Shown: positions 1-10,385 of the stretch, piece by piece | Layout of the letters: each line of letters begins with the position of its first letter | Numbering within the stretch: the stretch's first letter is position 1 | Source of the DNA: an uncultured Gammaproteobacteria bacterium | Lineage (GTDB): Bacteria; Patescibacteriota; Microgenomatia; UBA10105; UBA927 | NCBI GenBank assembly: GCA_964553825.1 | Contig: CAZKLT010000002.1 | Coordinates: 66,068-130,067, forward strand | Direction of reading: 5' to 3' | Length of the DNA stretch: 64,000 bases | Position numbers and translations under genes: made by a program | Notes under the pieces: model-generated | Databases searched by the model: none | Told to the model about the DNA's origin: nothing | Seen by the model: the letters and a program-made list of their open reading frames with translations, nothing else

Positions 1-1683
1 AAAAAACTCGCTTTGCGTATAGTAAATAGACTTACCGAAAAAATTCTCGGCCGTAATCCGGTCATTGTAGTCAGAAAGAATTAACGGCCCGGTCACATTT
101 AAGAGATCAACGATAACAGGAACATTGATTGCGATAACGCCGTCAACCTGCTCCCCTGTCTCTTTTTCGTAAAACCATGCTGCCTGCTCTCCGCTCACCT
201 TAAAGTCTGGATCCCAGTTACTATCCCGCAAATACCAGTGTTCCTGCCCGATTATTTCTGCAATCGGTGCCGGTGGAGGCACGTGCCCCTTCAGTTGACC
301 ATCCACTGCATAGACGTCCTGAATGACGAAGTCAACCAATTTCCCCTGCTCAAACGAGAGCTTCGCAAGACTTCCGATAAAACCACCGGTCGGACGAAGC
401 TCGTTACTATTCTGAAGCAACACCAGATACGTCGTCGGCGTTTCGAACCCTGAAATTCTTGGATACAAAACAAGAAAATGATCAATGAGTCCGAATTGAC
501 GACGGACATCGGCCAGAATGGCGGCGATCTCTCTGCCCTTTTTCCCAACGGCTGGTATCGCAAACGGAAATGATTGTTCCTCAAGCATCACTTGAAGCTG
601 CGCCTGGGCCAATCCCAGAGACCCGTGCACTGATACGACCGAAAGTCGCAACTTCTCCATAAGCACTGCGGGTGAGCCTTCCTGTGCAACTCCCGGAGAC
701 AACAATAAAGACGCCGCCTGCCTTCCAGTGCCCACTAACTCATATGATTCCTTATATATAGTAGCTATGTCCCGAAAAAAAGAAAGCAACCGCTCCTGTC
801 CGCGAATCGTTTTCTCCGCCCCTACCGCTTGCAAAGCACTTCCGGTAATACCAAATGCCACTTCGCTCTGACGTAACCAATACAACGCAACGGAGTCAAA
901 TTTTTTTGCCCGCTCTATATTTCCACTTCTTAACTCCCTTCCGGCAAAACCAAAACCTGCCGCTGAAACCGCAATACTCACTGCATACCATAGCGGGGGC
1001 AGAAACAGTAAAAGCAGAAAAATGAAGAAAAATCCTATTCCTTTTCTCTGTTGTTTCCTTCGTGCCACTGAACGTCGTTCTTTTTCCTTTTTTCGTTTTT
1101 CGATGTCATCGGCTCCGAAAACGTCCTTGATCAATGTCTTTATCCGAATTGCATCGCTCTCTGATTCTTCTTGCATCCGTAAATGATCTTTCGCCGTTTG
1201 CTGAAAACGGGTCAAAACGGGAGCCGGTTCGCTCACCGTCATAATGGTATCGCCTACGGCCTGATGGGACGGCACATGTCTGTTTCGTCTTTTATCAAAG
1301 ACATCAGAATTTCCTGCAAAAAAGAAAGAAAAAATTTCTACGACATCCTGTTGACTTAATTGAATCGGATCGACGACAACGATTTTGTTTTTGTCTGATG
1401 CAAGACTTTTTGCGTCAGAAAAGGATGAATGAATGACAATCCCCAACTGTCGGATTGAGTGTTGGCCGGATGATTCAAGAATATGTTTCACAAATTCCGG
1501 AGACCCAGCGACAATATGGTAATCCACGGATCCCGATATGCCCTGATTGGAGATTACACGGCAACCGTTCGTCTCCAAATATTCCCGCAACGGAAAAATA
1601 AACATTTCATCCTGGCCGTCTATACGGGCCAATGGCAGTGCGTTTGTTTCGTCAACCGCGGAAGTGGTGTTGGCAGGATGCAT
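1..1683 (-). CDS. DUF4012 domain membrane-anchored protein (3' end runs off the window)
   Basis: Not in the ORF track. Manual minus-strand translation of sampled segments from ATG 1683 gives MHPANTTS..., a TM segment near 980-1030, then YLVLLQNSNELRPTGGFIGS and WYLRDSNWDPDF, typical of DUF4012 proteins. No stop codon in the segments checked down to base 1. Confidence 0.85.
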   Translation of the reverse strand, partial: MHPANTTSAVDETNALPLARIDGQDEMFIFPLREYLETNGCRVISNQGISGSVDYHIVAGSPEFVKHILESSGQHSIRQLGIVIHSSFSDAKSLASDKNKIVVVDPIQLSQQDVVEIFSFFFAGNSDVFDKRRNRHVPSHQAVGDTIMTVSEPAPVLTRFQQTAKDHLRMQEESESDAIRIKTLIKDVFGADDIEKRKKEKERRSVARRKQQRKGIGFFFIFLLLLFLPPLWYAVSIAVSAAGFGFAGRELRSGNIERAKKFDSVALYWLRQSEVAFGITGSALQAVGAEKTIRGQERLLSFFRDIATIYKESYELVGTGRQAASLLLSPGVAQEGSPAVLMEKLRLSVVSVHGSLGLAQAQLQVMLEEQSFPFAIPAVGKKGREIAAILADVRRQFGLIDHFLVLYPRISGFETPTTYLVLLQNSNELRPTGGFIGSLAKLSFEQGKLVDFVIQDVYAVDGQLKGHVPPPAPIAEIIGQEHWYLRDSNWDPDFKVSGEQAAWFYEKETGEQVDGVIAINVPVIVDLLNVTGPLILSDYNDRITAENFFGKSIYYTQSEFF

Positions 1684-1806
1684 AATAAGGCAGCATTTTA
1701 TCCTTTCGTATTATGACAAAGAGATTGCCCGAAAACAACAGAAATCGAACCTCTTCTTTCACATATAATCGCTGGGCACCGACATGAGGCATGCTACAAT
1801 ATCCTT

Positions 1807-3048
1807 ATGCGTGGAGTTATTGCGCTCAATACGATAAGCCAGTTTCTCGGAAAAATTATTAGCGCTGGGACGACGTTTCTTATCACCTTGCTTCTGGCAA
1901 GACAGTTTGGCGTTTCAGGCTATGGGGATTTTGTAAAGGTTACCACGTATGTCGCCTTCTTTTTTCTTATTGCCGATTTTGGATTAAATGCCATCTATCT
2001 GCGCAAACAAAATGAACGTCAGGCTTTTGCCACACTCCTGGGCACTCGCACTATCCTGGCCGGAATACTGATATTTTTTTCCGTTGCCATTCTGGCATTT
2101 CTCCCTCAGGAGGCAACAGACGGCTATACAGCAGCGGTCAGACTTGGCATCATTCTCTTCTCTCCCGCCATTTTATTTCAGTCATTTATAACCACCGCAA
2201 ATGCCGTATTCCAAAAACGTTTACGATACGATATTGCGGCGGTCGCACTGACTGCTGGCAGCATGTGCGCTATCGGAGTCTTATGGATACTTCTCAAAAC
2301 CTCAGCGGGACCGGTATTTATTGGAATCATGGCACTCCTCTTGGGAAGCGCTGCTACGTCTCTGTTTGCTTTCCTTGGCACGAAAATACTAAAACAGGAA
2401 GTTACGGTATCTTTCTCTGCACGTACAAATCTCGCTTTTTTTATTGAATCGGTTCCTTTAGGGTTAACACTCCTTTTTACCCTTATTTACGGTCACATCG
2501 ACAGTGTCATTTTAACCCTCACCCGATCCACGGCAGAGGTCGGCATCTATGGACTTGCCTATAAAATTTTTGAGATGGCACTCGTTTTCCCTACCTTTTT
2601 CATGAACGCCCTCTATCCGGTCCTACTTACGACCAAGTCTCACCATGAACGGTTTATCACACTGCTGCGGCGGTCAGCGCTGTTTCTCGTGGGTGTGTCG
2701 TTTTTGGCAATGCTCGTCGTATGGTTTGCGGCTCCGCATGTCTCAAACATTCAGGTCGGGTTCGCGCAAAGCGTAACTCCTCTGCGGATTCTTTCCCTGA
2801 GCTTTCCGTTTTTCTTCATTTCGGCACTTACCATGTGGGCACTTATTGCATTAAGTAAGCAGCTTTGGCTCGTGGTCATCTATGGATCGGCTATGGTTAT
2901 CAACGTTTTTATGAATATACTTTTTATTCCGCGTTTTGGGTACATCGCGGCAGCGTGGACAACCGTTGCGTCCGAGGGGATAGTCCTGGTAGTATCAGGT
3001 ATCGTTTTACTAAAACTGCTGAATCAACATCAATCACATAACCCATGA
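1807..3048 (+). CDS. Wzx-type oligosaccharide flippase (polysaccharide biosynthesis/MATE-like)
   Basis: 413 aa, ~12 TM; motifs LARQFGVSGYG, ADFGL, EVGIYGLAYKI, FIPRFGYIAAAW. Confidence 0.9.
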   Translation: MRGVIALNTISQFLGKIISAGTTFLITLLLARQFGVSGYGDFVKVTTYVAFFFLIADFGLNAIYLRKQNERQAFATLLGTRTILAGILIFFSVAILAFLPQEATDGYTAAVRLGIILFSPAILFQSFITTANAVFQKRLRYDIAAVALTAGSMCAIGVLWILLKTSAGPVFIGIMALLLGSAATSLFAFLGTKILKQEVTVSFSARTNLAFFIESVPLGLTLLFTLIYGHIDSVILTLTRSTAEVGIYGLAYKIFEMALVFPTFFMNALYPVLLTTKSHHERFITLLRRSALFLVGVSFLAMLVVWFAAPHVSNIQVGFAQSVTPLRILSLSFPFFFISALTMWALIALSKQLWLVVIYGSAMVINVFMNILFIPRFGYIAAAWTTVASEGIVLVVSGIVLLKLLNQHQSHNP

Positions 3049-3446
3049 AGCTTATTATTCACACGGACGGAGGCGCTCGCGGAAATCCTGGACCGGCAGC
3101 CATTGGCGTTACTATTACACAGGATGGGAGAACGATCGGGGAGATCAGCAAAACAATAGGGGACGCCACAAATAATGTCGCTGAATATCGTGCTGTCGTA
3201 GAGGCGCTTCTTTGGATAGAGGACTCGGGCATTCATCCGCAGGAGATTGCCTTTTTTCTTGATTCAACCCTTGTTGTTAATCAGCTCAACGGAATTTTCA
3301 AGATAAAGGAACCACATCTTCGCGAGCTTCTTTTGCGGATACGACATCTGGAACAGGGAATCACCGCAACAATCAGTTATACCGCTGTCCGGCGGGAATT
3401 CAACAAGCGTGCGGACTTTCTTGTAAATCAGGCCCTGGATGCATGA
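3045..3446 (+). CDS. rnhA: Ribonuclease HI family protein
   Basis: TDGGARGNPGPAAIG, TNNVAEYRA, DSTLVVNQ and NKRAD motifs; ATGA overlap with the flippase. Confidence 0.93.
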   Translation: MKLIIHTDGGARGNPGPAAIGVTITQDGRTIGEISKTIGDATNNVAEYRAVVEALLWIEDSGIHPQEIAFFLDSTLVVNQLNGIFKIKEPHLRELLLRIRHLEQGITATISYTAVRREFNKRADFLVNQALDA

Positions 3447-4630
3447 CGGGAAGCACCCTTTGTGACCAAACAAAGTGCTATAACAATGGTGAAAAGAATT
3501 CTGCCCTGCTGAAGCGTCAGGAAATAGTGATCAACAAACCCCAACAGGAGCACGACAACAAGACTGACTGAGGGATTCATGTGTTTACGGATACGCCACA
3601 ATAGGTAAAGCACTCCCGCAGCTCCGACGAGTCCGATTTCCGATAGCAATAAAAGATAGATATTGTGCACGGGTTGAAGAAAATAGATTGTTCGCGAAGG
3701 GAGCAGGTCGGGGAGTGCGATTAAAAAATTTCCTAACCCGACGCCAAAAAGAGGAGCGCTCGTGATCATAGTAAGCGCAGAAGTGTTCAGTTGGCTTCTT
3801 ATAACGTACGATTCATCCGTTAGGGAAAATGGCACAAAGAACAGCACAAGAAGGGGAATAAAGAAAAAAATTCGTGCCTTCTTCCATAGCCACCAACTGA
3901 GACCTAGGAGCGATAATACGAATGCGCTCCGACTAAATGTCGTCAATAGTGCTATCGCACTAACTGAAATTAGCATCAATCGATATCTGCTCACCGCTCG
4001 CGCCTTATCAACAAGTTTTGCGGACAAAATCAGAGGCACGGCTACCGTCAAAAATCCACCCAATACGTTAGGGTGGGGGAATGTGCTGTATGCACGTAGC
4101 AGTTCGCGCCCAAAAACAGATGTCCTGGCGATCCCCGGGGTATCAATCGCAAATGTGCGCTCACCCAATACCCATAATGGTCCACCAATAGACCGCTGGA
4201 AAATAAATTGTCCGAGTGCAACAACGGAAGACACAAATACGGCAGCACTCAGTGGCTTACTCATGTACTCGACCGTTACCTTTGTTTTGACAATATAGGC
4301 TCCTAGGAGAAAAAATTCTGCAAATTTCAGCCAATGATAGGCGGCCACCATTTGATTTTCTGCAAAAACAATATTCATGCTGACAAAACCGACAAAGAGA
4401 AACACGCCATACACCATCCTGCGTAGTAACGCATACAAACCCTTGATGCTCATTGTTCTGAGCCAGAAAATAATCAAAAGCAAGATAAGAATATCCGTCA
4501 GATGGAGCGTCGGGGAAAGGAAGTCTACCCGTCGGCCCAATACCAATGCCCACGATGGCCAAAGATGATATCCTAGCTGAACAGGGAGGAGAATGATAAG
4601 GAGGGAAAAAATGGCGCGATGCATCCCCAT
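3428..4630 (-). CDS. O-antigen ligase (Wzy_C) family membrane protein
   Basis: Multi-TM; RAYSTFPHPNVLGGFL, TFSRSA, PLFGVGLGNF and PVHNIYLLLLSEIG. The start may be ATG 4624. Confidence 0.88.
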   Translation of the reverse strand: MGMHRAIFSLLIILLPVQLGYHLWPSWALVLGRRVDFLSPTLHLTDILILLLIIFWLRTMSIKGLYALLRRMVYGVFLFVGFVSMNIVFAENQMVAAYHWLKFAEFFLLGAYIVKTKVTVEYMSKPLSAAVFVSSVVALGQFIFQRSIGGPLWVLGERTFAIDTPGIARTSVFGRELLRAYSTFPHPNVLGGFLTVAVPLILSAKLVDKARAVSRYRLMLISVSAIALLTTFSRSAFVLSLLGLSWWLWKKARIFFFIPLLVLFFVPFSLTDESYVIRSQLNTSALTMITSAPLFGVGLGNFLIALPDLLPSRTIYFLQPVHNIYLLLLSEIGLVGAAGVLYLLWRIRKHMNPSVSLVVVLLLGFVDHYFLTLQQGRILFTIVIALCLVTKGASRHASRA

Positions 4631-4642
4631 CAGTATAGGGGA

Positions 4643-5095
4643 TTATGCCTTTGGTTTCACCAGCAGTGTACGACTGACACCTTCACCAACTGATTCCGTC
4701 TCGACACGATCATCACCGGAAAGGGTGAGATGAACAACGCGACGCTCAGATGCGGATAAGTGTGAAAGCTCAATGGCTCGCCCCTGCGTAATTGCACGAT
4801 CTGCAGCCTGCTGTGCCATAAGCATGAGCGCCTCTTCGCGCTTCTCACGGTAGTCACCTACATTGACATACACTTTTACCCATGAATCTAATGCCTTAGA
4901 AACAAGAAGTCCGAGAATAATCTGCAAACTCTCCAACGTTCTGCCATGAAATCCAATAAGAAGCCCTGTCTCTTCTGTTTCAATATGCACCCGGTAGGCA
5001 TCCGTTTCATCAATATCTACTGATACGCTACCTGAAATACCCAAGCGGGTAAGTAGGTCTTCGGTAATCTGCTGGACTTGATCCTTAGCTTCCAT
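4643..5095 (-). CDS. jag: Jag/EloR (KhpB) KH-R3H RNA-binding protein, short form
   Basis: GLLIGFHGRTLESLQ (KH) and SERRVVH (R3H); lies downstream of yidC. Confidence 0.9.
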   Translation of the reverse strand: MEAKDQVQQITEDLLTRLGISGSVSVDIDETDAYRVHIETEETGLLIGFHGRTLESLQIILGLLVSKALDSWVKVYVNVGDYREKREEALMLMAQQAADRAITQGRAIELSHLSASERRVVHLTLSGDDRVETESVGEGVSRTLLVKPKA

Positions 5096-5098
5096 ATA

Positions 5099-5941
5099 TT
5101 ATTTCTCTCGATTTACCGCGAGTTGTTGGATAATACCAAATATTCCAAATACATTCCAGTAGAGGGCCAGCCCCAACGGAAACTGAAAGGCGAAATATCC
5201 GAACATAATGGGCGTTATGATCATCATCTGTCTCTGAATATCACCAGCCATATCTTCCGGTTTCTTTTCAGCTTGAACTGATGCGGGCTTTTTGTCCTTC
5301 TTTTTTCTGCTGGCGTCTTCTACGATCGTATCCAACACTCGATCTCCACTCTTCGTGGGTGGCATCATGAGCTTGCTTTGCCAATACTGAAGCGCTGCAG
5401 TTATCAGAGGAATCGAAAGAAGCCACCACCCATCAGTCTGCCAAGCAGAAGGCTTCAATCCCAGATTTACGCCAAAAAATCCCAAATCAAGTGTGCTGAC
5501 ATGAAGCCAAGGCGCATAAAGTACGGCATTAAGCTCTGATACGAGCTTTTCCAGATTGCCGTTATTCAGCACATGATAAAACACGTTATACAGCGCGATA
5601 AGAACGGGCATTTGGATAAGAAGCGGGAGACATCCGGCAGCCGGATTTACTCCATGCTCCTTATATAACGCAAGCTGTGCCTGTTGAAGCGCCTGCTTGT
5701 CGTTTTTGTGCTTATCATTAAGCGCATCCAGGTGAGGCTTCATTTGGGCCATCTTTTTGGCCGACCGGAGCTGGGCCTGCATAAGCGGGTACAGAACCAC
5801 TCGGATGAGGATAGTCAGGCCTATTACCGCAAAACCAAGCGGCCCTGGGACATGAAGCCACTCAAACATCTTATACAAACCAATAAGCACATTAATGATT
5901 GGCCAGACAAGCAGTTGATTCCAAAGATTCGGATCGGTCAT
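5099..5941 (-). CDS. yidC: Membrane protein insertase YidC/Oxa1
   Basis: LYKEHGVNPAAGCLPLLIQMPV and FPLGLALYW motifs; canonical synteny. Confidence 0.95.
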   Translation of the reverse strand: MTDPNLWNQLLVWPIINVLIGLYKMFEWLHVPGPLGFAVIGLTILIRVVLYPLMQAQLRSAKKMAQMKPHLDALNDKHKNDKQALQQAQLALYKEHGVNPAAGCLPLLIQMPVLIALYNVFYHVLNNGNLEKLVSELNAVLYAPWLHVSTLDLGFFGVNLGLKPSAWQTDGWWLLSIPLITAALQYWQSKLMMPPTKSGDRVLDTIVEDASRKKKDKKPASVQAEKKPEDMAGDIQRQMMIITPIMFGYFAFQFPLGLALYWNVFGIFGIIQQLAVNREK

Positions 5942-5947
5942 AGACAA

Positions 5948-6181
5948 TTACACTGGATCGTATCCACCTGGATTCCACGGGTGGCAACGAATAATGCGTT
6001 TCACTCCTAAAAGCGATCCTCGTAGTATACCATAGCGGCTGATTGCTTGGTACGTATACTCACTGCAGGTTGGCCGGAAACGACAGGCGCCATCAACAAG
6101 CCAAAGCGCTTTGAGCGCCCCTGTGTCCGGTGACAGATATCGCTGATACAGCCGGATGAGAAATAACACGGACTGTTTCAT
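5948..6181 (-). CDS. yidD: Membrane protein insertion efficiency factor YidD
   Basis: [10 protein letters not shown] and [13 protein letters not shown]; start trimmed to MKQSVLF (ATG 6181). Confidence 0.95.
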   Translation of the reverse strand: MKQSVLFLIRLYQRYLSPDTGALKALWLVDGACRFRPTCSEYTYQAISRYGILRGSLLGVKRIIRCHPWNPGGYDPV

Positions 6182-6191
6182 AATAACGCGG

Positions 6192-6536
6192 TTACGTTGC
6201 TTTTTTCGGTAGCAACATCCCGAAGGTTTCCCAAATATCATCATTGACCGCTGATTGAGATAACCCAACGAGACGCTTATTTGCAATAAGAACCCCATCT
6301 ATCGGATGGGGTATCGCTGCAACTATCGCGCCTACTGACTGCCGAAGAAGTCGTCGCACACGATTGCGTGTTACTGCTTTTTTGTCCACTTTTGTTGAGA
6401 CGATAAAACTGAACCTGCTGACTGCTGCTGTACCCGTTTTATATACAAGCGTAAACCCATTTCGACCTATGCGCGCTCCGCTTTTCATGACACGCGGAAT
6501 TTCTTTCGTAGGAAGCCTGTGAGAAGAGGGGAGCAT
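6192..6536 (-). CDS. rnpA: Ribonuclease P protein component
   Basis: [22 protein letters not shown] (RNR motif); lies between rpmH and yidD. Confidence 0.95.
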   Translation of the reverse strand: MLPSSHRLPTKEIPRVMKSGARIGRNGFTLVYKTGTAAVSRFSFIVSTKVDKKAVTRNRVRRLLRQSVGAIVAAIPHPIDGVLIANKRLVGLSQSAVNDDIWETFGMLLPKKAT

Positions 6537-6545
6537 GGACCGATT

Positions 6546-6683
6546 TTATACTGTCAGCCGTTTTCTGCCTGTCGCACGACGCTGCTTAAGGACACGCCTT
6601 CCGGTATGCGTCGCCATGCGCTTACGAAATCCGTGTTTACGCACACGTTTGCCTTTTTTGGGTTGATAGACTCGCTTCACCAT
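6546..6683 (-). CDS. rpmH: 50S ribosomal protein L34
   Basis: Below the ORF-track cutoff. Manual translation [45 protein letters not shown] fits the L34 consensus; immediately upstream of rnpA. Confidence 0.97.
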   Translation of the reverse strand: MVKRVYQPKKGKRVRKHGFRKRMATHTGRRVLKQRRATGRKRLTV

Positions 6684-6719
6684 GTTGCTAAGTATATCGG
6701 ATTTTCGACAAAAAGTCTA

Positions 6720-8060
6720 TCAATTCGTTCCTTTTCTGTACCCGAAAAGTTCGTATACTGCCCCGCCACCCAAACGGAAAAAAAGAATCGATAACGCATA
6801 TCCCTGAATTATCGATATTCCGGAAACGAATGGCAGATAGTATCGCGACCAATCATTACGTAAGTACCACACCAATGCAACAAAGGTAAAGGATATCCAA
6901 AGCGGAAGAACCGCCAGTTTCGGAAATATCTCGCCGGGCTTCCAAGACGCAAACAGTGAGCGTACCATATAAAATCCTCCCCAGAGGAAGAGAATTGCAT
7001 CGATGGGCAGCAAGGCATTGGAAAAATTCCCAAATTGCGCATTTGGCAATAGCGTTCGGACAAAAATATACCACAAGGCATGCGCCCTGGTAGGAAGGAA
7101 CGTATCTGGATACTCTACAGCGTATGCTGTGCGCGCCACGTCAAACCGTGCCTGATACATGTAGACGAGCTTATGCAGCGTGTCTACATAAAGAAAGGGA
7201 TGTAACACATAAAATACGACGCTGAAAACGAATCCGGTAACAATCATCTGCGTGAAAAGCTGACGTCGAAAAACACTATCACGACAACTCAGAAGCATAA
7301 AACCGTGGTGAACAAGGACAAAAAGAAACGCAAGTACTCCTGTCACCTTCACTCCCGCAGCAAGTGCGGCACTGAATCCAACGGCAACGCTGATGAGGTA
7401 AAGTTTTTTTTGCGATCTATGACTCCATGCCTCCCGCCAAATGAGCAGAAGAAGAATCGTGCAAAGGAAAAAGGCAAGCTGCATGGTATCTGTCATCGCA
7501 AATCCCGAATGCAAGCGAAACAACGTGTTCCCAGCCAATAATAGAGCCGCAAAAAATCCAAACACGGATGACCAGACTGCAGTACCGATAAGAAACATAA
7601 GTATCACTGATACAGCGCCAAACAGTACGGCGACGCGCCGCGCAGTCATAATGAAGGAAAGACTCTGGGACAATTCCGGGGGAAATTCCCTAGGCTCCCG
7701 CAACCACAATTCAACCCACCACGGACGACCATGTATCGTAATGGTGTTAAATCCGCTCTGGCTCAGCGCATTCTCTATACGGGAAACACCGGAAAGATGC
7801 AGCGCCAATCCAAATATATAGGGCCCAACTTTTGGTTGAGGGGCATCCGATTCGATCGCTGCATCCGTCCAGAGCGGTGCATCAATGTTTCTATCAAGAA
7901 AGTACGTATCAAATAGGTAGCTTTTTCGGACAAACTCATATTCATCGATAAAAAAAACCTGCTTCTCAACTATCGGTGCCAGGGGTACCCAGGCCATAAC
8001 GAGCACAACGAAAAAGAGGATGATGTCAAGCGCACGCTCGCGCACAAATTGTATGCCCAT
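6720..8060 (-). CDS. GT-C fold (ArnT/PMT-like, GT39/83) lipid-carrier-dependent glycosyltransferase
   Basis: Multi-TM; acidic FIDE after TM1, PQPKVG, AMTDT, AAGVKVTG and RYYLP motifs. Confidence 0.75.
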   Translation of the reverse strand: MGIQFVRERALDIILFFVVLVMAWVPLAPIVEKQVFFIDEYEFVRKSYLFDTYFLDRNIDAPLWTDAAIESDAPQPKVGPYIFGLALHLSGVSRIENALSQSGFNTITIHGRPWWVELWLREPREFPPELSQSLSFIMTARRVAVLFGAVSVILMFLIGTAVWSSVFGFFAALLLAGNTLFRLHSGFAMTDTMQLAFFLCTILLLLIWREAWSHRSQKKLYLISVAVGFSAALAAGVKVTGVLAFLFVLVHHGFMLLSCRDSVFRRQLFTQMIVTGFVFSVVFYVLHPFLYVDTLHKLVYMYQARFDVARTAYAVEYPDTFLPTRAHALWYIFVRTLLPNAQFGNFSNALLPIDAILFLWGGFYMVRSLFASWKPGEIFPKLAVLPLWISFTFVALVWYLRNDWSRYYLPFVSGISIIQGYALSILFFRLGGGAVYELFGYRKGTN

Positions 8061-8063
8061 TGC

Positions 8064-9710
8064 TTACGGAGCCACTTCCTGCCACGTCATGGGGATATCG
8101 CGCATTTCGTCCGGCATGGTCAACAGGAGCTGTGGGTTATAAATAAACAATTCCGAAGCTGTTGTGTCATTGGCGCTCACGCTATCCAAATCTCGTGCCA
8201 AATTGAAATTACCGGCGATAAAAATTCCCTCGGCAACAAATCGCTCGGACCCCGCTACTGACGAGGTGCCCGTAGAAAATGTTCCGGAGGGAGATGTAAT
8301 ATAGACGCCCTCAACCACTGGCGCCGATGACGCGGCGCTCCCTCCAACGCTCGGATCCACGACTATGTCTCCGTTGACGATGAAAGAAACAAATCCTGTC
8401 CCGCTGAGATTAATATCCTGATTAATCGTGAGGTTGCCATTGACGAGTACCACGATGCTTTCGCCTGGGGCAACACTCCAGGGATTGGTATCTATCGTAA
8501 GATTACCATCGACATAATACGTTCCGTTTGCGAGCTTACCGGTGAATGTCGTGTCTCCGCTATAGTCAGGATCCGGCGAATCATATCGGTGATACATGAT
8601 GGCATAAAAATCGGTGGGGGAATACGTTTCATTCACGAGCCACCCCGTCGATGAAATGTATGCCTCTCCCAAACCTCCAGAATCGCTATCGAAGTCATAC
8701 GAAACCCCATAGCTGGCAACGCCCGGAAGTCCAGCGCCTCCATTGAGAAGTCCATACCTCGGTGTTGCTAGGGGTGGAATAGGGGAAGAAAGACCGCTTG
8801 CGGCATAAACATCCCCGTCACTGGTCTGAAACCATGAGGTTCCAAAGGTATACCCCAAATCCCATGTTAACGTTGTGTTATTTGACAGATCCGCAGTAAG
8901 GGAAGACCCTTGAGCGGCAGGAACATCGGTTTGCCAGCAGGCGTACCGCAGAACATACCCTGCCGAAGCCGCACTTGCCAGTGTATACGTATCGACAAAG
9001 GCCCCTCCCCATGCCGCATAGGCGCCTCCTGCCGCAACCTGCGAGCCTGGTGCAACATTAGGGGAAAGCGACATTGTAGCGGAAAGATAGTCAGTGCTTG
9101 CACGCACCTCGGCACATGTCGTTGCAGAAGCGGGAATGATAACTGCCCGAGCCTGAATCGTGCCAGAGGCCGGAACGCCACCCGTTGGTGTAGGCGTACT
9201 TCCAGCGTAGCCTCCCTCGCTATAGCTATACGATCCGCCGCCAGGACAGGAACTGCAGCTTACGCCGCCACAATCATCCACGCTGCCGCAGCCGCCCGGA
9301 CAGCCGCCCAGGCCACACGTTGGGCTGCACGAAATGGCATTGCAGCCGACGTTACAACTGGACAATGTTGAGCATGCGCCGCCGTTTTCTATACAATCAT
9401 CGAGCTCTTGGCATGTGGATGTTTCGGTACACTTCCAATATTGGACCCACTGTTGCGTTGGGCCGCATCCGTTTACACCACATCCCTGATCCTCTGCGCA
9501 ATTCTTCGTATAACCGATTCCCGTAGGCGCTGGTCCACAACAGGTATCACCGTTGGTACACACACCTATCGAGACTTCTCCAGATGAACATCCACTACTG
9601 CGACAAGATCCGCTGCATCCGTTATACTGCGCAGACACCGGATGAGCAACCATAGATAGCAACGTCGCTACGGATAAAAGGAATAAAATAAATACTTTCA
9701 TTATTCTCAT
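8064..9710 (-). CDS. Secreted Cys/Gly-rich surface protein
   Basis: Signal peptide ending VSA-Q; 22 Cys in residues ~32-155; TPTPT linker; beta-rich C-terminal domain ending WQEVAP. Confidence 0.75.
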   Translation of the reverse strand: MRIMKVFILFLLSVATLLSMVAHPVSAQYNGCSGSCRSSGCSSGEVSIGVCTNGDTCCGPAPTGIGYTKNCAEDQGCGVNGCGPTQQWVQYWKCTETSTCQELDDCIENGGACSTLSSCNVGCNAISCSPTCGLGGCPGGCGSVDDCGGVSCSSCPGGGSYSYSEGGYAGSTPTPTGGVPASGTIQARAVIIPASATTCAEVRASTDYLSATMSLSPNVAPGSQVAAGGAYAAWGGAFVDTYTLASAASAGYVLRYACWQTDVPAAQGSSLTADLSNNTTLTWDLGYTFGTSWFQTSDGDVYAASGLSSPIPPLATPRYGLLNGGAGLPGVASYGVSYDFDSDSGGLGEAYISSTGWLVNETYSPTDFYAIMYHRYDSPDPDYSGDTTFTGKLANGTYYVDGNLTIDTNPWSVAPGESIVVLVNGNLTINQDINLSGTGFVSFIVNGDIVVDPSVGGSAASSAPVVEGVYITSPSGTFSTGTSSVAGSERFVAEGIFIAGNFNLARDLDSVSANDTTASELFIYNPQLLLTMPDEMRDIPMTWQEVAP

Positions 9711-9712
9711 GT

Positions 9713-10318
9713 TTATTTATCGCATAATCGGAACGATAACTGAATAATTCTAGGTACTATGGGAGTTCCGCGGGCGCTATACGAAAACTGCTGAGGACTC
9801 GGCGATTCAATGGAAACGATATCGCCCACACAAAAAAGCTCGGTGTACCGATTGTCCCTGATGGTTGAGACAAAATCCCGCTCGCCAATGGAGTCGGCAA
9901 CGCCATAATTATCCAACTTCGGCACCACAGCCATGGATCCGTCCAAGTCTGGGTCAAATCGAACCGATACCGGCCTGCCTAAATAGGAACTCAGAGTCAA
10001 AAGATGGCTTTGCGGATTCCATGTGGAGACCATGCCGTAGATCGTATAGCCTTGGATTGTTCCATCTTTCTTAAACGACGGGACCACGCGAGGGGGGCGA
10101 AAAACATACTTATCACCGTTCCCATACAGCCGGTTGAGCGCCATCATGGACGATGATCGTGCGATAAACGCCTGATTCTGCCTTTCGTCGAATTTCTTAC
10201 GATATGCCTCAACAGATTGAGTCGCTACGAGTGCAGACCGATACAGTACAGAAACGCCCAAAACCATCAAGCTGGCAAACACAATAATTCCCAATACTAT
10301 CCACGCTATTTTCTTCAC
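9713..10318 (-). CDS. Hypothetical protein with N-terminal membrane anchor
   Basis: KK followed by a hydrophobic helix after GTG 10318 (TATAGT 6 nt upstream); 2-bp gap to the next gene. Confidence 0.65.
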   Translation of the reverse strand: MKKIAWIVLGIIVFASLMVLGVSVLYRSALVATQSVEAYRKKFDERQNQAFIARSSSMMALNRLYGNGDKYVFRPPRVVPSFKKDGTIQGYTIYGMVSTWNPQSHLLTLSSYLGRPVSVRFDPDLDGSMAVVPKLDNYGVADSIGERDFVSTIRDNRYTELFCVGDIVSIESPSPQQFSYSARGTPIVPRIIQLSFRLCDK

Positions 10319-10385
10319 ACTTCTACTATACACCACGTGCCGAAGGAAAAAGCAATACACCATGTTGAGACTCTTTGAAGGGAGG

